From NCBI GenBank assembly GCA_913030945.1, contig CAJWEP010000001.1, forward strand, positions 1-58,140: DNA of 58,140 bases, written 5' to 3'. Positions 35,398 to 44,196 of the stretch are shown here, piece by piece. The notes beneath the pieces are model-generated. The model did not search any database and was not told the DNA's origin. It saw nothing but the letters and a program-made list of their open reading frames with translations. How positions within the stretch are numbered: position 1 is the stretch's first letter; each line of letters starts with the position of its first letter. Position numbers and translations under genes: made by a program. Source of the stretch: an uncultured Verrucomicrobiota bacterium (GTDB taxonomy: Bacteria > Verrucomicrobiota > Verrucomicrobiia > Limisphaerales > UBA1096).

Positions 35398-36222
35398 ATG
35401 AAACTGGGAATGATTAATTCGGCCTGGGAGCAGCACGGCGTTGGCCTCGTGGAGGGTCTCAGGAAAACCAAGGAATTGGGCTTCGACTGTGTCGATATTT
35501 TCGAGGATCCGATGGAGCCACAGGCCGCAGACCGCATCACCGAGATCAAGCAAACCTGCGACGAGCTTGGGCTGCCGATCATCAGCGTGGTCGGCGTAAG
35601 CGTCGGATTGGTGGATTTCAACCCATCAGTTCAGCGCTTCCACGTCGAGCGCTGCAAACGCTACCTCGACATGGGTGCAACATTCAGCGCGAAAAACTAC
35701 CTGCTCGTCATCGGCGAATACATCTGGCAGAAGGAGGTCATCCCGCCGGAGGAGCAGTGGAAATTCGCCGTCGAGAACTGCAAGCTCCTCGGCGACTATG
35801 CCGGCGAGCGCGACCTAGAGATCGTCATCGAACTGGAGCCGTTTCACATGTCGCTCGTCAACACCATCGGCGAGATGGATCGCTTCCTGACCGACGTGGA
35901 CAACCCGGCCGTCAAGGCGAACATAGATATCAGCCACATGGTGCTGAGCAACAGTCCGCCCGAGTCGCTCGCCGCGCTCAAGGGCCGCGCTGGGCACGTG
36001 CACATCTCCGATTGCGACGGCAAGGTTCACGGCGACCTGCCGCCGGGCCGGGGCGCAGTGCCGTTCGAGGGCTACCTGCAGGCGATCAAGGAACTGGATT
36101 TCGACGGCGCGATCAGCCTCGAACTCGAGTACGCGCCCGATCCCTCCCAGATCGTCGAGTGGGTGACCGAAGCCTACTCCGCCACGGATCGCTTGATGTC
36201 GGCCGTCAATTTGCGTAATTAA
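35398..36222 (+). CDS. Sugar phosphate isomerase/epimerase (xylose isomerase-like TIM barrel)
   Basis: 'GFDCVDIFEDP', 'LEPFH', 'ANIDISHM', 'HVHISDCDG', 'ISLELEY'. Start at ATG 35398 (TTG 35389 is possible). Confidence 0.8.
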   Translation: MKLGMINSAWEQHGVGLVEGLRKTKELGFDCVDIFEDPMEPQAADRITEIKQTCDELGLPIISVVGVSVGLVDFNPSVQRFHVERCKRYLDMGATFSAKNYLLVIGEYIWQKEVIPPEEQWKFAVENCKLLGDYAGERDLEIVIELEPFHMSLVNTIGEMDRFLTDVDNPAVKANIDISHMVLSNSPPESLAALKGRAGHVHISDCDGKVHGDLPPGRGAVPFEGYLQAIKELDFDGAISLELEYAPDPSQIVEWVTEAYSATDRLMSAVNLRN

Positions 36223-36227
36223 CACGT

Positions 36228-36752
36228 ATGACTGACGACTGGAAAGCCCGGTTCCGCGAACTCTACCACACCTCGCAGGAGCGCTACCGCGCCGGGCGCA
36301 CCACCACAACGACGATCTTCGAGCCGGACGAGGTCTATTTCCTCGCCACGATCGGCTGTTCCTCGCGGGAGTTGTTTGACTTTGTGGATGACAGCATCAA
36401 CTGGGACGACGTCGAGTACGAACAGGTCGAGGGCGTCACGGAGTTGCGGCGCGATCATTTCGTGAACACGCTCCGCAGCGAAGACGCAACGACGCAACTT
36501 GATCCCGACAAGATCCCGGCCAAGACGGACGAGGTCGACGGCATCGCCTGGCTGCCGCGCCTCATCGTCAAGGCCCGCGCCAAGCTCGCCGGCCAGTTGC
36601 CACCCGAATTGATGTACGGCTGCGGCGGCGACCGCCCGTTCCTGCGCGAGCGCAACTCGAATCTCGTCGATTTCCTGCGCGTCACGCTCGAGGCCGGCGA
36701 CGACGACCGCGCGATCATCGACTACATCAAGGCCTGTGCGGCCAAGGGCTGA
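36228..36752 (+). CDS. DUF5069-like protein
   Basis: 'VDGIAWLPRLIVKARAKLAGQLPPELMYGCGGDRPFL' matches my recollection of the DUF5069 core motif; 174 aa. Confidence 0.55.
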   Translation: MTDDWKARFRELYHTSQERYRAGRTTTTTIFEPDEVYFLATIGCSSRELFDFVDDSINWDDVEYEQVEGVTELRRDHFVNTLRSEDATTQLDPDKIPAKTDEVDGIAWLPRLIVKARAKLAGQLPPELMYGCGGDRPFLRERNSNLVDFLRVTLEAGDDDRAIIDYIKACAAKG

Positions 36753-39672
36753 CTGGTCCCCCAAGCCATTGCCACGCAACGACACCAACGGCGCGATTCG
36801 GCTTCGCGGTGTCCGCCACAACAACCTCAAGAATCTCGACCTCGACCTGCCCAAGGGCAAACTGATCGTGTTCACCGGCTTGAGCGGCTCCGGCAAAAGC
36901 TCGCTCGCGTTCGACACGCTGTTTGCCGAGGGCCAACGCCGCTACGTCGAGACATTCTCGCCGTACGTTCGGCAGTTTTTTGACCGAATGGACAAGCCGC
37001 AGGTCGACCGGATCGACGGTATCCCGCCGGCCATCGCGCTTGGCCAGCGCAACACCGTCCGCACCACGCGCTCAACCATCGGCACGATGACCGAGGTCTG
37101 CGACCACATGAAGCATCTGTGGACGCACCTCGGCCAATGCCACTGCGACCACTGCGGTGAGCCGGTCACCCGCGACGAGCCGCTCTCGATCTGGGAGTCC
37201 GTCCGGGGCAGCCAAACGCAGGAACTCCTCATTACGTTCGAGGTGCCGCTCTCCGGGAAAATCACTCTTGAGGAATCGCTGCAGCTCATCGGCAAACAGG
37301 GCTACCGGCGTATCGTCGATCCCACCACGAAAACCCGACGTGGCCACCCGCCGAAGCTACTTCGGGTCGAGGAGGCGGCCAAGCGCGTGGCCAAGCGCAG
37401 GCTCGCGTCGCTGACCGTCGTGCAGGATCGCATCCGCTTCGCCAAGGGCAACCGCGCGCGGTTTCTCGAGGCGGCCGGGCAGGCGTACCAATTCGGCAAG
37501 GGGCACCTCGCCGTCCACACCGCCGCGCTAGGCCAACGGCGGTTCAGCCGGCATTTCCACTGCGCCGGATGTGACGCCGAGTACCGCGATCCGTCGCCGT
37601 CACTGTTCAGCTACAACAGCCCCGTCGGCGCGTGCCCGGAGTGCAAGGGCTTTGGCCGGATCATCTCCATCGACTACCGGCTCGCGATGCCGGACCTCAC
37701 CCGATCGATCGCCGGGGGTGTCGTTAAGCCGTGGCAGACCGGGCACGGCGTCGAGTGCCAGCGCGATATGATGACCGCCGTAAAACAGTACGGCATTCCG
37801 ACCAACGTGCCGTTCAAAAAGCTGCCAAAAAAAGCACGCGACTGGGTGATCCACGGAGCGCCGAACTACGGCCAACCGGGCCACACCTGGCCCAACGCCT
37901 GGTACGGTGTCGCCGGCTACTTTCGCTGGCTCGAGAGCAAGGCGTACAAGATGCATGTCCGCGTGCTGCTCTCGCGCTACCGCGCCTACACAGCCTGCCC
38001 GGCGTGCGAGGGACAGCGCTTCAAGCCGGACTCGCTCCGTTTCAAGCTCGACCACACCGGCAGTGGCGATTGGCTCACTCTATCCGATTTTTATCAACTC
38101 CCCATCCGCGACGCAGCTGCGGTGATCGACGAACTCGCCGATCGGCTTGGCAACAAACAATCGGACGCGCTCGCGCCGGTGCTGGCCGAGGTGCACGGGC
38201 GGCTCGACGCCATGGTGCGCATCGGCCTTGGCTACCTCACGCTCGACCGGGCAACGCGCACGCTCTCCGGCGGCGAAACCCAGCGCGTCAACCTCACGGC
38301 GTGCCTTGGCTCGAAGCTGGTCAACATGCTTTACGTGCTCGACGAACCCAGCGTCGGGCTGCACCCGCGCGACACCGGGCGGCTCATCGACCTGCTGGAA
38401 AACCTGCGCGACCTCGGCAACTCACTCGTCGTCGTCGAGCACGAGACCGGCGTCATCCGCCGGGCCGACCACGTCGTAGACCTCGGCCCGAAGCGGGGCG
38501 AGCACGGCGGCGAGATCGTGTACAACGGCGCCGGATCGCGCCTGGCCAAATGCCGCGCCTCGCTGACGGCGGCGTACCTCTCTGGCCGCAAACAACTCGA
38601 GCCGCCTCCGGCCCACGCCGTGACCGCACGCACACCGCGACTGCGCTTGGCCAAGTTTTCCAGGAACAACCTGATCAACTTCGCTGTGGACATACCGCTT
38701 GGCCGATTGGTTTGCGTAACAGGCGTCAGTGGCTCCGGCAAAACGACCCTCATCCGCGACGGCCTGCTCCCTGCCCTGCTCGACAAGCTCGGTGGCACGC
38801 CGGAGGAAGGCCGCTTGGCCAAGCTGACCGGCTGGCGGGCACTCGAGTCGGTGATGATGGTGGACCAGTCGTCGCTGGGCCGCACACCGCGCTCGAACCC
38901 GGCCGTATACATCGGCGCGTTCGACGACATCCGCAAACTGTTCGCCGCCAGCCCCGAGGCCAGCGCGCTCGGGCTGCCGGCCGGGGCGTTCAGCTTCAAC
39001 TCCGCTCAGGGCCAGTGCGGCTACTGCCGCGGCACCGGTTTCGAGAAGGTCGAGATGCAGTTCTTGAGCGACGTGTTCATCAAGTGTCCCGAGTGCAACG
39101 GCCACCGCTACCGCGACCACGTTCTGGAGGCCAGGCTCACGCCGCCCCGGGGCGTACACCCGGCCTGGAACATCGCCGCCCTGCTCGACGCCACCGCCGA
39201 CGAGGTGATCGTGTTTCTCGACGACCATCCCGACTCGCGGCCGGCGACCCGGGCACGGGCCAAGCTGCAGTTGCTCAGCGACGTCGGCTTAGGCTACCTG
39301 CGGCTTGGCCAACCGGTGAACACCCTCTCCGGCGGCGAGAGCCAGCGACTCAAGCTCGTCCGCAGCCTCGCCGAAGCACAGGGCAAACGCACCGCCACCG
39401 GCCCAACGCTGTACCTCTTCGACGAACCGACAACCGGCCTGCACTTTGACGACATTCGACTTCTGGCTAAGGTGCTGCACCGCCTAGTGGACGAGGGCCA
39501 CTCGGTGCTGGTCGTGGAGCACAACCTCGACCTGATCCGCCAGGCTGACTGGGTGATCGATCTCGGCCCCGACGCCGGCGACGAAGGCGGCCAACTCGTC
39601 GCCGAGGGACCGCCCCACTCTCTCGCCAAAAACAAGCAAAGTCACACCGCCAAAGCCCTGCGAGCGGGCTGA
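36736..39672 (+). CDS. uvrA: Excinuclease ABC subunit A family protein (UvrA or divergent UvrA paralog)
   Basis: 'IVFTGLSGSGKSSLAFDTLFAEGQRRYVETFSPYVRQF', Zn modules 'CDHCGEP', 'CAGCDAE...CPECKGFG', 'CPACEGQR', 'CGYCRGTG...CPECNGHR', signatures 'LSGGETQRV' and 'LSGGESQRL', 'LYVLDEPSVGLH', 'LYLFDEPTTGLH'. Start is either GTG 36736 (overlaps the upstream gene) or TTG 36769. Confidence 0.8.
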   Translation: MRPRADWSPKPLPRNDTNGAIRLRGVRHNNLKNLDLDLPKGKLIVFTGLSGSGKSSLAFDTLFAEGQRRYVETFSPYVRQFFDRMDKPQVDRIDGIPPAIALGQRNTVRTTRSTIGTMTEVCDHMKHLWTHLGQCHCDHCGEPVTRDEPLSIWESVRGSQTQELLITFEVPLSGKITLEESLQLIGKQGYRRIVDPTTKTRRGHPPKLLRVEEAAKRVAKRRLASLTVVQDRIRFAKGNRARFLEAAGQAYQFGKGHLAVHTAALGQRRFSRHFHCAGCDAEYRDPSPSLFSYNSPVGACPECKGFGRIISIDYRLAMPDLTRSIAGGVVKPWQTGHGVECQRDMMTAVKQYGIPTNVPFKKLPKKARDWVIHGAPNYGQPGHTWPNAWYGVAGYFRWLESKAYKMHVRVLLSRYRAYTACPACEGQRFKPDSLRFKLDHTGSGDWLTLSDFYQLPIRDAAAVIDELADRLGNKQSDALAPVLAEVHGRLDAMVRIGLGYLTLDRATRTLSGGETQRVNLTACLGSKLVNMLYVLDEPSVGLHPRDTGRLIDLLENLRDLGNSLVVVEHETGVIRRADHVVDLGPKRGEHGGEIVYNGAGSRLAKCRASLTAAYLSGRKQLEPPPAHAVTARTPRLRLAKFSRNNLINFAVDIPLGRLVCVTGVSGSGKTTLIRDGLLPALLDKLGGTPEEGRLAKLTGWRALESVMMVDQSSLGRTPRSNPAVYIGAFDDIRKLFAASPEASALGLPAGAFSFNSAQGQCGYCRGTGFEKVEMQFLSDVFIKCPECNGHRYRDHVLEARLTPPRGVHPAWNIAALLDATADEVIVFLDDHPDSRPATRARAKLQLLSDVGLGYLRLGQPVNTLSGGESQRLKLVRSLAEAQGKRTATGPTLYLFDEPTTGLHFDDIRLLAKVLHRLVDEGHSVLVVEHNLDLIRQADWVIDLGPDAGDEGGQLVAEGPPHSLAKNKQSHTAKALRAG

Positions 39673-39699
39673 ACCGCAGTCAATATCGCGGCGCTCCCT

Positions 39700-40464
39700 T
39701 TAGTCTCCGGAGCGGTTGGTCCACATGCCAAGGGTTGAGTCTTTGATGAGGTTCGCGTGGCCGTCCGTAAAAATGGCGTTGAAGCCGTTGTTGTGGCGTT
39801 TGTGGACATGGCCGGTTGGGATTTTGAGTTCCGGGGAATTCCCCACAAAGGCGGGGCCGAATCCGGCGTTGTGCCAAGCGTCAACCTGTTCGAGGCGCCA
39901 GATTTCTGCGGAACGGAAGCCGTCAAAAATGGCAATCGTGCCGGAGGCATCGGCCACATCGGACAGGTGCCGACTGGGGTTTTTGTAGTTGTTAATAAAC
40001 GGTCCTCTGGCACCGACCCAGTCTGGTTGGCCACTCGCGGCGTATGCACCACCTTGTGCGTTAGCGATGTAATCTCGGATGAGCGGGTTGGGCAGTCCGC
40101 GCGGTCGGCGGTAGGTATATTCCATGTGTGGATTCATACTGGGACAGGTGTAAATCTCTTCGCTATCGATGTAAGGCCGCACGAGATCCTGCCACCAGTA
40201 CAGATCGGCTTGCCCCGGCCATGTGTAGGCGTAACCGTAAGGCAGGTAATCGTCAAAGTCCTGTGAATACATCATGACCGAGAGCCCTATTTGCCTTTGA
40301 TTACTGAGGCAACGTGCCGATTTCCCCTTCTCCTTCGCTTTGGCCAAGGCGGGCAGCAACAGCCCAGCCAAAATGGCAATGATGGCAATCACCACCAGCA
40401 ACTCAATCAGCGTGAATGCCCCGTTGAGGTGTGTTGTTTTCGTGGGACATCGACTTGTTTTCAT
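39700..40464 (-). CDS. Prepilin-type N-terminal cleavage/methylation domain protein, DUF1559 'H-X9-DG' family
   Basis: '[33 protein letters not shown]' and '[13 protein letters not shown]'. Confidence 0.85.
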   Translation of the reverse strand: MKTSRCPTKTTHLNGAFTLIELLVVIAIIAILAGLLLPALAKAKEKGKSARCLSNQRQIGLSVMMYSQDFDDYLPYGYAYTWPGQADLYWWQDLVRPYIDSEEIYTCPSMNPHMEYTYRRPRGLPNPLIRDYIANAQGGAYAASGQPDWVGARGPFINNYKNPSRHLSDVADASGTIAIFDGFRSAEIWRLEQVDAWHNAGFGPAFVGNSPELKIPTGHVHKRHNNGFNAIFTDGHANLIKDSTLGMWTNRSGD

Positions 40465-40477
40465 CGGTCTCGTTTAA

Positions 40478-42226
40478 TCATGAGCCGAAAGTGAGGTGGC
40501 CAAACTTGGCCGGGGTGTGGGCGCTGCCGCTGGCGCATGGGCTCCAGCCCAGAAAAGCCTTGTGGGCGCGGTCGTGCCGGTAAAGGTTGATCCGCCACTG
40601 CGTGCCCGGCTGGGGCGGCTGCCCGCTTAATGACTGAAGCGGAATGCGCATCTCCGTGGTCCAAATTTTTCGCTTGCGGTCGATATGCGTCGCCGCCTCG
40701 AAGCCGCTGCTCCACTCCAGTCCCAGCGGGGGCTTCAACTCGTCAGTGATTTTCAGGTCGAGTTTTTCGCCGTTCGGGGCCACTTCGTATTCGGTGTACG
40801 AGTTCGGATGGCTGGGATCGGTTCCGATAAAAGCCTCAACGACATCCCGATTCCACAAGCCGTAACGCTCACCGGTTTTAAGCGGCGGCTCGAAGACGGT
40901 CAGTTCCGTGTATGGGGCGCGGTAGCCGATGTAGAGAAATTGATCCGACCACAGCACGCGAGCGGTGGTGGCGATCTCTGGCTTCGCAGCGCCGGTGTTG
41001 ATCTGCGACTCGATCCGGGCCGGCGCGGCGCTTAGCCAAGAGGTATCGTCGAGCTGGCCGTCGAGCTTGACGTCGGCCTCGATGCGCTTGGCCTGCAGGC
41101 GCGGCAACGGCAAGCGGCGCACGAGCAGTTTACGGGCGTTGTCGAAATAGATTTTTCGCAGCACCCCCGGCGGCAGGCCGATGGCATCGATTTTCCAGTC
41201 GCCCTGGATGGGGGTCATGTGCTCGAACTGCCGGTCCCATGTCTCGAGCCACCGCCAGTGCTTGGCGTAAAAGTCGAGGGCATCATCGTCGGTAGGCGCC
41301 GGGCCGCTACCGCCGGAGCCGAGGGTCAGCCGATTGTAAACCATGAAGTCGGTGGCAAAGAGAATGCGATCCTGATGCTTGACGAACAGCCGGTGCACCT
41401 TCTCCGGCGCGTGCCGACCGATCTCCGGGATACGTGCGGCAAGGTCAGCCATCATGTTGGGATTACGGTCGAGCGCAGCGTTCACCCAGTCGATGTCCTC
41501 GGAGTTGTTGGCAAAGTGCACGCAGACAAACGTGGTCAGCGGATGTCGGGCAACAACACGGTCGAGCGCGTTGAGCAGGTCCATGCGCGGGGGATATTTC
41601 TCAGCATCGCCGAACCACCATGGGCGATGATCCTTGAGCTCGGTCCACCGCTCATTGTCGGAGTTGAACGGAAGCCAGAACGCGCGCGGATCGGCCACGT
41701 GAATGGAGACCGGCAGGCCAAGCTCGCCGCAGCGCCGCCACACCGGGTCGAGCCTCGGGTCATCGACCCGGATCAACTTCCCCGACTTATCGCGCAAATA
41801 CAGCCCAAGTCGCTTCCACTCCTTGAGCCCGGCGGCGCCGAGACGATGGCCCTCCTCGACCTGGCGAACGGCGCGCCCGGAAAAACCGGGCTCATCCCAA
41901 CCGCCGTAATCGAGGTTCATGTAATAGGCGAACCGCCCGGGGTGCAACCGGTCGCCAAGGGCCTTGTTACGCTCGAACGCCGAAAACTCGCCCTCCTTGT
42001 GGGTGACCGTGCCGCCGCTGAGGTTCACACCGATACCGATGCCGGCGCGGTCCATGATCGACACCGCGCGCTGGAGCAGCGCCTCCGACGAGCCGACGTG
42101 CTGGTGCAGGTCAACGAGACGACGCTCCTTGCGCCATTGCTCCGGGGAGTCGTCAGCGATGGCAACCGCCAATGCGCTGAAAAAACAAAAAGACGAAACG
42201 AGGCAATGAATTGACCGGCAGTGCAT
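40478..42226 (-). CDS. Secreted amidohydrolase (TIM-barrel metal hydrolase) fused to a CBM9/DOMON-like domain
   Basis: Signal 'FCFFSALAVAIA'. 'VDLHQHV', 'VSIHVAD', 'ILFATDF' are amidohydrolase blocks. The C-terminal 'KLDGQLDDTSWLSAAP...VLWSDQFLYIGY...YTEYEVAPNG...WRINLYR' is CBM9-like. Confidence 0.7.
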   Translation of the reverse strand: MHCRSIHCLVSSFCFFSALAVAIADDSPEQWRKERRLVDLHQHVGSSEALLQRAVSIMDRAGIGIGVNLSGGTVTHKEGEFSAFERNKALGDRLHPGRFAYYMNLDYGGWDEPGFSGRAVRQVEEGHRLGAAGLKEWKRLGLYLRDKSGKLIRVDDPRLDPVWRRCGELGLPVSIHVADPRAFWLPFNSDNERWTELKDHRPWWFGDAEKYPPRMDLLNALDRVVARHPLTTFVCVHFANNSEDIDWVNAALDRNPNMMADLAARIPEIGRHAPEKVHRLFVKHQDRILFATDFMVYNRLTLGSGGSGPAPTDDDALDFYAKHWRWLETWDRQFEHMTPIQGDWKIDAIGLPPGVLRKIYFDNARKLLVRRLPLPRLQAKRIEADVKLDGQLDDTSWLSAAPARIESQINTGAAKPEIATTARVLWSDQFLYIGYRAPYTELTVFEPPLKTGERYGLWNRDVVEAFIGTDPSHPNSYTEYEVAPNGEKLDLKITDELKPPLGLEWSSGFEAATHIDRKRKIWTTEMRIPLQSLSGQPPQPGTQWRINLYRHDRAHKAFLGWSPCASGSAHTPAKFGHLTFGS

Positions 42227-42269
42227 CGGCGGAGGCTCTCCGAAAACGGGCGTTATGTCGATCGGTTTT

Positions 42270-42285
42270 GCGCTTGGCCAAGCGC
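42270..42285. repeat. 16-bp perfect palindrome copy
   Basis: gcgcttggccaagcgc followed by gctttttt, in the divergent amidohydrolase/dusB spacer. Confidence 0.8.
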
Positions 42286-42342
42286 GCTTTTTTGTCGCGG
42301 CGTTTTTTCCGAGTGGCGTAGACTGCCGGGAGCGTTTGCGTC

Positions 42343-43458
42343 ATGCAATTCGGGCAACTCCAACTGGCATCCAACCTGTTCCTCTCGCCGCTGGCCGGTT
42401 ACACGAACCTGCCGTTCCGGCTCGTGCTGCGCGAGGTGGGCGGCCTGGGCCTCGCCACGACCGACCTCGTCAACGCCCGGTCGCTGCTCGAGCGCAACCC
42501 TAAGGCGCTCAAGCTCATCGAGACGAACAAGGCCGACAGTCCGTTCGCCGTGCAGTTGTTCGGTTCGGTGCCGGAGGAGATGTGCGATGCGGCGCAGTAC
42601 CTCGAGTCGATCGGCGCGGACTCGATCGACATCAACATGGGCTGCCCCGTGCGCAAGGTCTGCAAGACCGGCGGCGGCTCGGCGATGATGACCGAACTGG
42701 ACGACACGGCGCGCCTCGTGAAGATGATGGTTGATGCGGTGAACATCCCCATCACGGCCAAGATGCGCCTCGGCTGGGACAAGAACAACATCACCGCGCC
42801 CGACTTGGTGCGAGTGCTTGAGGGCGTCGGCGTGGCGGCGGTATTCATCCACGGACGAACCCGCGAGCAGGGCTTCAGCGGAGGCGTCAATCTCGCGGGC
42901 ATCCACCAAGTCGTCAAAGCGGCGAAAGGCATCCCGGTGATCGGCAACGGCGATATCACGACGCCGGAGTCGGCGAAACACATGATGGACGCCACCGGCT
43001 GCCACGGCGTGAGCGTGGGCCGGGGCGCGTTTTACAACCCGTGGATTTTCAAGCATATCGCCCACCACCTGCGAACCGGCGAACTGCTGCCCGAGCCGAA
43101 ATTCGCGGAGCGGGTGCGGGTGATGCAGCGGCACTTCGATCTGATGCTCGAAGTGTTCGGTGAGAAGCGGGGATGCCTGATGTTCCGCAAGGTTGCCCCC
43201 TGGTACGCCAAGCGCTTCGGCCCGGTGAAGCCGTTTAATAAACGCGTGGTGTTGATTTCCACACGCAACGATTTCAACTCGGCGCTGGCCGACTACCTCG
43301 ACTGGCGGCAGCAATTCGTCGACGCGGATGGTGAACTCATCGAGCGCTACCGACAGGGGCCATTAGTGCCATCCTTCATGAAAGATGATGATGACGAACC
43401 GGCCGGGGCCGAGCGCAAGACTATCCCCGTCCCCAAGGGGCCGGTTGAGGTGTGGTAA
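42343..43458 (+). CDS. dusB: tRNA-dihydrouridine synthase
   Basis: 'LSPLAGYTNLPFRLV', 'VQLFGS', 'IDINMGCPVRKV', 'TAKMRLGW', 'IHGRTREQ', 'VIGNGDI'. Confidence 0.85.
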   Translation: MQFGQLQLASNLFLSPLAGYTNLPFRLVLREVGGLGLATTDLVNARSLLERNPKALKLIETNKADSPFAVQLFGSVPEEMCDAAQYLESIGADSIDINMGCPVRKVCKTGGGSAMMTELDDTARLVKMMVDAVNIPITAKMRLGWDKNNITAPDLVRVLEGVGVAAVFIHGRTREQGFSGGVNLAGIHQVVKAAKGIPVIGNGDITTPESAKHMMDATGCHGVSVGRGAFYNPWIFKHIAHHLRTGELLPEPKFAERVRVMQRHFDLMLEVFGEKRGCLMFRKVAPWYAKRFGPVKPFNKRVVLISTRNDFNSALADYLDWRQQFVDADGELIERYRQGPLVPSFMKDDDDEPAGAERKTIPVPKGPVEVW

Positions 43459-43491
43459 AAAAAACTCCCGCTAACCATGGTCAGCGGGAGT
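43457..43491 (-). terminator. Intrinsic terminator of the EF-hand gene(s)
   Basis: 9-bp perfect stem ACTCCCGCT/AGCGGGAGT (43464-43472 and 43483-43491) with a 10-nt loop. On the minus strand it is followed by a run of 7 U (43457-43463). It lies 20 nt downstream of the stop at 43512. Confidence 0.65.
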
Positions 43492-43511
43492 TGTCAAAGC
43501 CTTACGATAGC

Positions 43512-44135
43512 CTATTTGTCAGAACTGTCGGGAGTTGGACGGCTAGGGCGTCTATCTTCACCACCACGGGACCGACGCTGGCTACTGCGACCTTCACTGC
43601 TGCCACGGGACGGACGCTGGCCAGATGCACCACCGCCACCGCCGCCGCCGCCCCCTTGGGATCCTCCACGCCCACTGAAGCTTGGACGCAACTCTTCTTC
43701 GGTTAGCTTGCCATCTTTATTCTTGTCGAGCTTCCTTAGGGCGGCAACGGCACCCTTGATTTCATCAGCGGAAATTTCACCATTCTCGTCCTTGTCCAAG
43801 GCGGCCATCACCGGGAACATGCGCATGAAGCCGCTGCGCCCACCGAACTGCGATCCCCGGGAACTACGGGAACTACGTTCACCACCGGCTCCGGACGGGC
43901 GTTGACGACGCTCAGCACCCTGACCCCGCTCGCGACTCCGTTCACCAGCCGCTCCGGACGGGCGTTCACGACGCTCGGCACCCTGACGCTGTTCACCAGC
44001 TGCTCCGGACGGGCGTTCACGACGCTGGGCACCTTCACCCCGTTCGCGCCCACCGCGTTCCTGCGCGATTGCATCACCTGCCATCATGCCAAAACATGCG
44101 ACAGCCATCACTAGTTTATATGTCATCTTTTTCAT
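43512..44135 (-). CDS. Secreted EF-hand calcium-binding protein with Arg/Gly-rich repeats
   Basis: Signal 'LVMAVACFGMMAGDAIA'. EF-hand pair 'LDKDENGEISADE...LDKNKDGKLTEEE'. Poly-Gly run. Confidence 0.75.
   Translation of the reverse strand: MKKMTYKLVMAVACFGMMAGDAIAQERGGRERGEGAQRRERPSGAAGEQRQGAERRERPSGAAGERSRERGQGAERRQRPSGAGGERSSRSSRGSQFGGRSGFMRMFPVMAALDKDENGEISADEIKGAVAALRKLDKNKDGKLTEEELRPSFSGRGGSQGGGGGGGGGASGQRPSRGSSEGRSSQRRSRGGEDRRPSRPTPDSSDK
43869..44033 (-). repeat. Imperfect in-frame tandem repeat (3 units of 17-21 codons)
   Basis: 'GAQRRERPSGAAGEQRQ / GAERRERPSGAAGERSRERGQ / GAERRQRPSGAGGERSS'. The periodicity is also visible at DNA level (ctccggacgggcgttcacgacgct x3). Confidence 0.7.
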
Positions 44136-44196
44136 AACACCAAATCAATGGTCTGCCCCGAATATACGATCCACAATGGAGGCCGGTTACAATTTT

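Noticed and set aside
37731-39449. 572-aa alternate-frame ORF inside the UvrA-family gene
   Set aside because: Extreme Arg/Pro/Ala bias ('RRRARDRRHPPGRPRRRPRP'). The +1 frame encodes unmistakable ABC/UvrA motifs.
42270-42292. Palindrome plus T-run resembling an intrinsic terminator
   Set aside because: It lies in a divergent promoter region with no upstream plus-strand gene to terminate. I interpret it as another copy of the iterated palindrome.
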